Shown: positions 42,340 through 49,796 of the stretch, piece after piece
Position numbering within the stretch: the first letter of the stretch is position 1
Layout of the letters: each line of letters begins with the position of its first letter
Assembly (NCBI GenBank): GCA_947449035.1
Contig: CANFQC010000007.1
Coordinates: 475-64,474, forward strand
Source: Actinomycetota bacterium
Lineage (GTDB): Bacteria > Actinomycetota > Actinomycetes > S36-B12
DNA: 64,000 nt
Direction of reading: 5' to 3'
Notes under the pieces: generated by a model
Told to the model about the DNA's origin: nothing
Seen by the model: only the letters and a program-made list of their open reading frames with translations
The model's database searches: none
Position numbers and translations under genes: made by a program

Positions 42340-43200
42340 ATGGCGCGCTCTGACGTACTCGTCAGCACTGCCTGGGTTGCTGAGCATCTCGACGATCCCA
42401 ATGTCGTCCTCATCGAGGCAGATGAAGACATCAGCATGTATTTCGAAGGTCACATCAAGGGTGCTGTGAGCCTCGACTGGCGTCGCGATCTTCAAGATCC
42501 TGTGCGCCGTGACGTCATCAGCCCCGTTCAGTTCGCCGAGCTCATGTCGACCCTTGGCGTGAAGCCCGAATCCACGGTTGTTCTGTACGCAGCGAATAAC
42601 AACTGGTTCGCTGCCTACTCGCTCTGGTACTTCACCATGTACGGCCACCGCGATGTGAAGTTGCTCGATGGCGGACGCAAGAAGTGGGAGCTCGATGGCC
42701 GTGAGTTGGTCAAGGATGCGCCTCTGCGCGAGCGCACCGACTACCCGGTACCCACTGAAGACTCCAGTCACCGTGCGCGCCGCGACGAGATCATCGCCGG
42801 TCTCGGCAGCCTGCAACTGATCGACGTGCGCTCACCTGATGAGTACTCCGGTGCCATGCTTGCGCCGTCTCACTTGCCGCAGGAGCAGTCGTACCGTCCC
42901 GGTCATATCCCGACGGCGATCAATGTTCCGTGGAACTTGTCAGCGAATAACGATGGCACCTTTAAGGACAATGACGAGCTCGAGCGCATCTATGCGGAGG
43001 CGGGAATCACACCCGAGCGAGTGACCGTCGCCTACTGCCGTATTGGTGAGCGCTCCGCCTACACCTGGTTCGTTCTTCATGAGCTGCTCGGCTGGGAAGA
43101 TGTTCGCAATTACGACGGATCCTGGACTGAATATGGCTCTCTGGTCGGCGTTCCCGTGGCCATTGGCGACAAGCCAGGTTCAATCGAGGGCAGCCGCTGA
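42340..43200 (+). CDS. Two-domain thiosulfate/3-mercaptopyruvate sulfurtransferase (rhodanese, SseA/CysA-like)
   Basis: Tandem rhodanese domains with an active-site loop YCRIGERSAYTWF. The gene starts 3 nt after the carrier-protein stop. Confidence 0.88.
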   Translation: MARSDVLVSTAWVAEHLDDPNVVLIEADEDISMYFEGHIKGAVSLDWRRDLQDPVRRDVISPVQFAELMSTLGVKPESTVVLYAANNNWFAAYSLWYFTMYGHRDVKLLDGGRKKWELDGRELVKDAPLRERTDYPVPTEDSSHRARRDEIIAGLGSLQLIDVRSPDEYSGAMLAPSHLPQEQSYRPGHIPTAINVPWNLSANNDGTFKDNDELERIYAEAGITPERVTVAYCRIGERSAYTWFVLHELLGWEDVRNYDGSWTEYGSLVGVPVAIGDKPGSIEGSR

Positions 43201-43269
43201 GCCGCTGATGCGGACTGGGGGGAGGGTCGATAAAGTCGTGGCTCTCACCCCCCAATATTTGGAGTACTC

Positions 43270-43761
43270 ATGACCATCGCAGTTGGCGATCGCATTCCCG
43301 AGGTTGACGTCCGAGTCATCCGCGAAGGTGCCCAGGCCGTTATCCCGAGCACTGAGGTTCTCGGCACCGGTCGCGTCGTTCTGTTCGCCGTTCCCGGAGC
43401 CTTCACCCCCGGCTGCCACAAGCAGCATCTCCCCGGCTTCGTCGCCCAGGCCGCCGACATCTCTGCCGCCGGTGTCGACTCGATCGTGTGCATGGGTGTC
43501 AATGACGCCTTCGTGATGGATGCCTGGGGCACCGTGCAGGGCGTCGGCGACTCGATCCTGATGGTCGCTGATCCGGCCGCTGACTTCGCCAAGGCGATCG
43601 GCATGGAGGTTGACGCCAGCGGCGCCGGCCTCGGCATTCGCTCGCAGCGTTATGCCATGGTCATCGAAGACGGTGTCGTCACCGCCTTCATGCCCGAAGA
43701 GGGTGGCTTCAAGATCGAGGCCAGCACCGCTGATTGCGTGCTGACCTCGCTCAAGGGCTAG
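43270..43761 (+). CDS. Peroxiredoxin, Prx5-like subfamily
   Basis: VLFAVPGAFTPGCHKQHLPGF, 163 aa. Confidence 0.88.
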   Translation: MTIAVGDRIPEVDVRVIREGAQAVIPSTEVLGTGRVVLFAVPGAFTPGCHKQHLPGFVAQAADISAAGVDSIVCMGVNDAFVMDAWGTVQGVGDSILMVADPAADFAKAIGMEVDASGAGLGIRSQRYAMVIEDGVVTAFMPEEGGFKIEASTADCVLTSLKG

Positions 43762-43764
43762 TCC

Positions 43765-44319
43765 TTACGCACGCTTGCGCCGCATAGCGGCGAACAGCAC
43801 GACCAGCACGAGTCCGATCAGGACTCCGATGCCGAGCCCGAGCCACGGGTTACCGCCCGTGGACTCGGGCTCTGTCGTGTTCGAGATCGCGATAACTGAA
43901 GCACTTGGTTGAGCTGAGGCTGCAACGCTTGCCGTGACGCCTGCCGGCGCGTAGGCAAAGCTGATCGCGCCGGTCACCGGGTGTCCGTCAGCCGACACAA
44001 CGCGGTAGGCCGCTTGGTAGTTGCCCGCTGGAAGATCGGCGGGCCAGGGGAGTTCGACAGTCTTGCCGGCGGGCTGAACCTTCGCGTTAGCAACATTCGT
44101 TCCGTCAGCCGCATTAAGCGAAATCGAGTCAGCATCAGCGAGAAGGTCCTCGTCGAAGGTGAAGCTGATCGAGGCGGGTGCCTCGGTTACGACGGAGCCA
44201 TCGACAGGGTTCGAGGACTCAAGCTTGGAATGCGCTGACGCAGACGTGGCGCTGAATGCCCACACTGTGGTCGATATGGCCAGGATCGCCAGGCCGCGCT
44301 TGATGGTGCGTGAGGACAT
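43765..44319 (-). CDS. CopC-domain copper-binding protein with a C-terminal TM anchor
   Basis: The signal peptide ends ASA, followed by the mature N-terminus HSKLESSNPVDGS and then YRVVSADGHPV. Start re-picked at Met 44319. Confidence 0.8.
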   Translation of the reverse strand: MSSRTIKRGLAILAISTTVWAFSATSASAHSKLESSNPVDGSVVTEAPASISFTFDEDLLADADSISLNAADGTNVANAKVQPAGKTVELPWPADLPAGNYQAAYRVVSADGHPVTGAISFAYAPAGVTASVAASAQPSASVIAISNTTEPESTGGNPWLGLGIGVLIGLVLVVLFAAMRRKRA

Positions 44320-44342
44320 GACTTCTCCGATTCGACTGACGA

Positions 44343-44993
44343 TCATGGGGTAAGTGTCGCAGTGCCGCTCGTGATGACGAGAGCGCCCTTGGCGTTGATA
44401 AGCGTGGCTTTCATCGTCCAGGCACCAGCGAACGGCAAAACGCCGGTTGCTTGGGAGGACTTCCCCTTGGCATGAACAGGCCACGTCAGTGATCCGGTCA
44501 TGCTCGGTGACGTCCAGACCACTTCACCGGAGGTTGCCTTGTTCGCGAATGTCGCGGTCAAGACGCCGGGATGAGATCCGCTGAGACGAGTCGCGACCGA
44601 CGGGCTCGTCACGACCGATTGTGGTGTGCCAGCAGTACTTGGCTTGCCGATGACGAAGGAGATGGCGCCATCGATCTGATGTCCGTCATCGGAAGTGACA
44701 GTGAACGTCGCGGTGGAAATGCCCGAGCGCAGTGCGGACGCAGGAGTCAGTGTCAGCACCGCTCCGTTGATGGCACCACGTGAGGGTTCGACTACACCAG
44801 CCGAGTCCAAGATGCTGGAGTCATCCAGCGTGACCGCCTCGCTGAACGTGAAGCGAATGGATGATGGCGCCTTCGCCACCACGCTTCCATTCGAGGGAGT
44901 GCTGCGAACCAAATCGGCATGGGCGTACGCAGGTGCTGGGCTCACCAGCAGGAGAAGTGAGCCCAGCACTGCAGCCACGAGGGCTTTGCGCAT
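44343..44993 (-). CDS. Secreted CopC-domain protein with an extra C-terminal domain of about 100 aa and unknown function
   Basis: The signal peptide ends AYA, followed by HADLVRSTPSNGS and then VTSDDGHQIDG. I did not recognise the C-terminal half. Confidence 0.75.
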   Translation of the reverse strand: MRKALVAAVLGSLLLLVSPAPAYAHADLVRSTPSNGSVVAKAPSSIRFTFSEAVTLDDSSILDSAGVVEPSRGAINGAVLTLTPASALRSGISTATFTVTSDDGHQIDGAISFVIGKPSTAGTPQSVVTSPSVATRLSGSHPGVLTATFANKATSGEVVWTSPSMTGSLTWPVHAKGKSSQATGVLPFAGAWTMKATLINAKGALVITSGTATLTP

Positions 44994-45745
44994 TAGTTCG
45001 CTGCCGCCGGTGCGACAACGGTGACCACGGGTGCCGGGCTGGCAAGCGCCGCTGTCGAACCCGCTACCGGCAATTCGATCCAGGCATCAACGCCTGCCTT
45101 CGAGGTACCGACGAGGCGGCCGTTGATTTTGGCGAAGACCCCGGCGTCAGTTGGCACCTTGGCAGCCTTTGTAGAAACGCTGAACTTGCCATCCGCACCT
45201 ATGGTGACGTCATGGGCGGTCAACTGCGTGTCACCGACGAAGAGTGCTGCCTTCTGGCCGGCAAACGAGGGCAGGAAGCCGGTGATGATCGCGTTGGCGT
45301 CCTTGGTTGCGATCTTGAGTTCGGCATTGCAGGTCTGCACGGCCTTGAAGTAGTACTTCTGCGCCGGCGAACCGGCTGCGGCCTTCGGCCAGGTCACGCG
45401 CAGGCCGAACTCGTCGAACTGGTCATCTGGGAGTGAGCCGCCCGACCAGGTGATGGTATTGCCGTTGTTGCTGGTGCTGATTTCCCAGCCGGCTTTCTGC
45501 TGGACCTTGGCGCCGGTCACGCCTGCAGGAATCTCGACGCTCAGGGCATTGGTGGCATCGCCATCGCAGCCGTGGCCCGGACGGAACATGAGAGTGCTGC
45601 TGCTGCCCGCGGTGGGGGTTGAACCACGAAGCTCGATGCCCATGTGGGCACTCGCCGAGGATGCGCCGACGATGGCGATCACGGACGTGGCAGTGATTGT
45701 GCCGGCGGCAAGAAGTGCCTGGGCACGGGAAATACGAACGTTCAT
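44993..45745 (-). CDS. YcnI-family (DUF1775) copper-binding protein with a C-terminal extension
   Basis: The signal peptide ends ASA, followed by HMGIEL...LMFRPGHGCDG...WPKAA...YFKAVQTC. Start re-picked at Met 45745. Confidence 0.78.
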   Translation of the reverse strand: MNVRISRAQALLAAGTITATSVIAIVGASSASAHMGIELRGSTPTAGSSSTLMFRPGHGCDGDATNALSVEIPAGVTGAKVQQKAGWEISTSNNGNTITWSGGSLPDDQFDEFGLRVTWPKAAAGSPAQKYYFKAVQTCNAELKIATKDANAIITGFLPSFAGQKAALFVGDTQLTAHDVTIGADGKFSVSTKAAKVPTDAGVFAKINGRLVGTSKAGVDAWIELPVAGSTAALASPAPVVTVVAPAAAN

Positions 45746-45831
45746 TGAATTACTCCTTGGATGTCTGAATGTGAGTGCGTGCGGAGCACGCGGAAAATGG
45801 TCGCCGGCGCGATGCGCGGCAACTGGTGACA

Positions 45832-46320
45832 TCAGGAGGTAGGTGGTCCTCGTCGGGCGATGACATGCGAAAGAGCCGTGGACGGGGCGAGAGTCGGCTC
45901 GATGTAGACAGGTGTACCGGTGATAGCCAGTGGTGCAGGCTTCCAGCTGAGCTCGAAGGCGAGTGCTTGCCAGAAGGCGATCCAGCGATGGATCAGCGCA
46001 TCACCATGAGTGAGCACAACCGCCACTGCAGCGGCCGCGATCAAGTGACTGACGAGCATCGGGGCATCAGGCAGGAATGAGCCGTGATGGCCGTGACCTG
46101 CGGCAATGGTGAGAAGTAGATGGAAGAGCACTTGCAGAGCTAGGACGAAGCCCAGAACCCACGCACCCGAGCGACGCTTTTGGGCGACCAGGGCACCCAG
46201 GGCCACAGCCAGGGGCAGGAGCAGCAGGATTAAGCCCGGCTCAGGAAGCTCACCATGGCCGGCGGAGTGGCCCAGGATCGTGATGAGCACCGCGGCGACC
46301 CCCAGGGCAGCGCCGCGCAT
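45832..46320 (-). CDS. Small His-rich integral membrane protein (4 predicted TM segments), function unknown
   Basis: Hydrophobic segments carry GHSAGHG, AAGHGHHG and THGD. It is the first gene of the copper operon. The ORF-track N-terminal extension (to 46641) would overlap the sulfatase gene and was rejected. Confidence 0.5.
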   Translation of the reverse strand: MRGAALGVAAVLITILGHSAGHGELPEPGLILLLLPLAVALGALVAQKRRSGAWVLGFVLALQVLFHLLLTIAAGHGHHGSFLPDAPMLVSHLIAAAAVAVVLTHGDALIHRWIAFWQALAFELSWKPAPLAITGTPVYIEPTLAPSTALSHVIARRGPPTS

Positions 46321-46432
46321 CACGCGCGTGCTGCCGCTAAAGCGAGGCGAACGGGTCACAGGGGAAGCATATCCACCCCGAACCCACCGAGGGCCACCCC
46401 GCAGGTATGGCCTTCGGTGCTCGCGACGAGTC

Positions 46433-48406
46433 TTAGTTCGGCGTGAACGGGAACTGCTGCATTGATCCGTCGGCCCAGGGCTGAATCGTCGGAGTGAGGC
46501 GCTTTGCCGTGCGCTGAGCGGAAAGCAGCGAGGCCAGGATCCCCTGAGTCGTCGCGTAGGCCGCATTGGCGTAAAGATTGGTGAGCTCGGCTGGATCCGT
46601 TGTGGCGTTGTACAGCTCGAACTGGTCTGGCGGCGGGGCAATCTGCCCAGTGGTGGGGTTCTGCTGCTTGACCACGGTGGTCGCGACCTTCGTTCCTGGC
46701 TGATTCACGACTCCCAGGACAGTCGTCATGACGTCCTGATTATTCGGGTAGGTCCAATACTGCGGGTTATCCCAGTAGCGCGAGTACTTCCAGCGCTCCT
46801 TGGCGCCAGCAGGCCCGGTGGGCAGGTACGCCACGACTGTCTCAACACAGTTCGGTTGCTGGACGGGGGCGTAGGGCATGCCAGTGAAGGAAACCGCGTT
46901 AGCACCCTTGAACGGCTGGTCGTCGGTCATGAAGTAGACCGATTTTGCGAGAGATGAGTCGTCGGACTCACCGAGGAGATATCCGGAGAGATCCTGGCCG
47001 ACGAGTCTGCGTACCTGAGTGTGAGTCTTGTGAAGCTCTCTCGCCAGTGAAAGTTCGTCGAGTCCGGCTAAGCCGAGCATTGTCGGGATGAGATCAGCAT
47101 GACTGGTGAGTGCGTCGCTCGTTTCATAGCGCGGAAATAGCTCAGGATTATGGAACATGAACGGCACCCGAAGCATCTCGTCGTAGCCGGAATGCCACTT
47201 CTGGAACATGCCGCCATGCGCACCGAGCATTTCTCCGTGATCGGAGAGATAGATGACAACCGTGTCGCGGTACTGCTCGCGATCTGCCGTCAAGGTGTCG
47301 ACAACGCGTCCGATCTGTTCGTCGACGTTCTTCTGCAACTGGTAATAGAAGCGGTGGTAGTCGTCACCGTTATCCAGAGGCTGGAAGGCCTCGGGGTATT
47401 GCGCGACGAAACTCGCTTGAGCTGTCGGCTTGGTGCTCAAGTCCTCATTCGTGGATGCGGTGTAAGCGGGGCCGAAGAGGTTGTGGGGCACATTCGAGCC
47501 GACTAGTTGCTCGGCGAGGGTGAAGGAACCCTGAGCTCCGCTCGCTGCACCCGCAAGAGTGAGCGTTCCCCAAAGCGAAATGTCGTGGGGGTTGACGAAT
47601 GAGGCAACGAGAAGCCAGGGCTTATTGCTTCGGCGCAGCTTCTGGAGTTGTTCCACGTTGAGATCAGCAAACACCTCATCGCGGCCGCGCCCACCGGGGC
47701 CGGAAGAACCGGAATTGAGCGGGTTGCTGCCGTGGGGCTCCGGGCCGATGAAGCCAGTGAATCCGTACTTGTCGAGACGCTCGGCTTCCAGATAGACATC
47801 TTCGAGGTACGAGTTCCGGCCGCCGAGATCGTTATACGAGGGAAGCGGGTTGTATGAACCCGGCTGGTAGAGGTCGGCATCGGAGATATGCCACTTGCCC
47901 TTCCAGTAGGTGTCGTAGCCGGCTGCCCGGAACCAGTTGCCCATGGTCGGCACGGTGGTCGGATCGAGCCAATAGAGATCCTGTTCAATTGCCGTCTTCG
48001 CGGCGCCTGATGTCTGCGCGATGCCATGCAAAGACGGGTACTGACCGGTGTAGATCGAGGCGCGGCTGGGCTGGCATGCCGTCGACATGATGTGGTGGTG
48101 AGTGAACTCGACCGCATTGCGACGCAGGAAGTTCTGCGCAGGCAGGTTGGACAGGCGCCAGGCCTGTAGTTCGGGGCTCTCGTAGAACGGGGCCGCGCGC
48201 TGCTCGTCAACCATGATGATCAAGAAGTTGGGACGCTTGCGCAGACGACCGCGCGGCGTGAACTTCGGCAACGGTGCTGCTTGGGCCGATGCGCCACTCA
48301 CAGCGGCGAGACCTGCCACAGCAGCCGTGGCCATGCCAGCACTCTGGAGGAGTCGCCGGCGGCTCAGGCCACCACTAGATGAAAGGGACTCGGTGTTCTC
48401 GGTCAT
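46433..48406 (-). CDS. Tat-exported sulfatase (Cys-type, formylglycine-dependent)
   Basis: Twin-arginine signal SRRRLLQSAG...ASAQA, sulfatase signature STACQPSRASIYTG (CxPxR) and LSDHGEMLGAHG. Start re-picked at Met 48406. Confidence 0.88.
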   Translation of the reverse strand: MTENTESLSSSGGLSRRRLLQSAGMATAAVAGLAAVSGASAQAAPLPKFTPRGRLRKRPNFLIIMVDEQRAAPFYESPELQAWRLSNLPAQNFLRRNAVEFTHHHIMSTACQPSRASIYTGQYPSLHGIAQTSGAAKTAIEQDLYWLDPTTVPTMGNWFRAAGYDTYWKGKWHISDADLYQPGSYNPLPSYNDLGGRNSYLEDVYLEAERLDKYGFTGFIGPEPHGSNPLNSGSSGPGGRGRDEVFADLNVEQLQKLRRSNKPWLLVASFVNPHDISLWGTLTLAGAASGAQGSFTLAEQLVGSNVPHNLFGPAYTASTNEDLSTKPTAQASFVAQYPEAFQPLDNGDDYHRFYYQLQKNVDEQIGRVVDTLTADREQYRDTVVIYLSDHGEMLGAHGGMFQKWHSGYDEMLRVPFMFHNPELFPRYETSDALTSHADLIPTMLGLAGLDELSLARELHKTHTQVRRLVGQDLSGYLLGESDDSSLAKSVYFMTDDQPFKGANAVSFTGMPYAPVQQPNCVETVVAYLPTGPAGAKERWKYSRYWDNPQYWTYPNNQDVMTTVLGVVNQPGTKVATTVVKQQNPTTGQIAPPPDQFELYNATTDPAELTNLYANAAYATTQGILASLLSAQRTAKRLTPTIQPWADGSMQQFPFTPN

Positions 48407-48410
48407 GGAA

Positions 48411-49454
48411 TTAGTTCCCCTTCGGGCTGCTGAGCGAAATGGTGCCGACAACTTGGTCGTAAGTGATCGTGAAGTCGAAGAACGGTGCGTTTCCAGTGTT
48501 GACCGCTGGCGAGCCGGCTCCCAGCATGACCCGAACGAGATTTCGAGACCCGTCTCGTCCGGCCGTGAAGTCTTGGCCGTAGAAGGCACTGGAGGATTCC
48601 GCGAAGCGAACCCTAGTTCCGGGCTTGACCAAGTGAGAGCTGCTTGTAGACGAGTCGGCTCTCGGAACGTTACGGAAGTTGCGTCCCACGAGGCGCATGA
48701 TGGTGCCACCCGAATCGAACCAGGTGGGTACGCACTGCTCTCTTACTGAGGTGAATGTCCAGCAGCCAGGTGCGGCGTGATCATTCCAATTTCGCGCACC
48801 ATTGACGTCGACACCGAAGTAGGGAAGCGGGAAGCTCATCGTCACGTGGGCGGGTGGCTCTGCACCGAGAACGAGTGAGCCCTGACGGGATGATTCGGGC
48901 GTTGACTGCCGGGCAAGGTGCACACTCCAGTGGAGTCCGAGGCTGCCGGGCATCGACTTGAGAATGTTCGTCATACGACCGCCATCAGTCACACCGATGC
49001 CGAGAACCCCCGTTACGCCTCGGCTCTTCCACTTGTGTACGTAGGAACTGGTGGAATTGATGTACTGCATTGCAACGGGGTTGGTGGTGGTGACGCCACC
49101 GATGGTGACCGGCGAGGTGAAGAGGACTCCGGGTAGCGAGTGCCCTTGGAGATGCGCGGTGGCATGTATTCCTGTGGAGTGGGCGGACGTGGGCTTCTCG
49201 AAGAGGAAGAGTCCCACGCTTCCGGTGTCGGCGATCACGGAGATCGGTGCGGCCTGACCAACCTGGATGGTGATGATGCCATCGAGACCAGTGCGCTCGG
49301 GCGTGTCTATCGTGCGGATAGGAACACTTACCGTGGCGGGTTGACGTGCGGCATCCGTCTGCACGGCGGTGTCGTCAGCCAGGGCGCTAGTAGTGGGAAG
49401 TACCAGAACGCTCAGGGTCAAGGCGACCAAGATTCCCGGTGTGCGACGGCGCAT
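48411..49454 (-). CDS. Secreted pepsin-like (two-lobe) aspartic protease candidate
   Basis: Signal peptide; VIADTGSVGL (Asp76) and TWFDSGGTIM (Asp247), with GVLGIG and GSLVLGA between them, as in family A1 and PecA-like proteases. The stop lies 4 nt from the sulfatase start. Confidence 0.55.
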   Translation of the reverse strand: MRRRTPGILVALTLSVLVLPTTSALADDTAVQTDAARQPATVSVPIRTIDTPERTGLDGIITIQVGQAAPISVIADTGSVGLFLFEKPTSAHSTGIHATAHLQGHSLPGVLFTSPVTIGGVTTTNPVAMQYINSTSSYVHKWKSRGVTGVLGIGVTDGGRMTNILKSMPGSLGLHWSVHLARQSTPESSRQGSLVLGAEPPAHVTMSFPLPYFGVDVNGARNWNDHAAPGCWTFTSVREQCVPTWFDSGGTIMRLVGRNFRNVPRADSSTSSSHLVKPGTRVRFAESSSAFYGQDFTAGRDGSRNLVRVMLGAGSPAVNTGNAPFFDFTITYDQVVGTISLSSPKGN

Positions 49455-49630
49455 GATGCGGTGCCTCCAAACGTGGAAGCAGTCTCGAACCTCGACACTG
49501 CGGAATTCATCTCACGAAATTAGGCGGGGTGACCCGATGTGCGCCGTGAACTATTCACCATGTCACGGGCGAGGTGAAAACGTCGCATCGGTCAGAATCG
49601 TGACCAGGCAAACCCGGACGGGAAACGACG

Positions 49631-49654
49631 AAACCGCCCCCGAAGGAGCGGTTT
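49631..49654 (-). terminator. Hairpin just downstream of tRNA-Lys
   Basis: aaaccgc-ccccgaagga-gcggttt inverted repeat, 7 nt 3-prime of the tRNA on the minus strand. Confidence 0.5.
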
Positions 49655-49661
49655 GTCTGCG

Positions 49662-49734
<73 letters not shown>

Positions 49735-49796
49735 TTGCCGTGCAAGTGAGAACACTACCACCGTAAATGAGGCCACCAGACGGGCCTCCCGCTGGG

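Noticed and set aside
42070-42816. A 248-aa ORF antisense to the sulfur-carrier and rhodanese genes.
   Set aside because: The plus-strand genes are well supported (GG terminus, CRIGERS loop, riboswitch context). The antisense product has no motifs.
43201-43262. A G-run / C-run (ggggggag ... ctcacccccc) after the rhodanese gene, considered as a terminator.
   Set aside because: The stem is imperfect with a long loop and has no T-tract. It is plausible, but too weak to list as a feature.
45832-46641. The ORF-track version (269 aa) of the His-rich membrane protein, and similar long N-terminal extensions: 46433-48709, 49797-51392, 51046-52371, 43765-44484, 57918-58979, 13213-14436 and 23215-23913.
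   Set aside because: The extensions are Arg/Pro/Ser-rich and overlap neighbouring genes. They also precede an internal Met that gives a canonical signal peptide or a conserved N-terminus. The shorter starts were used.
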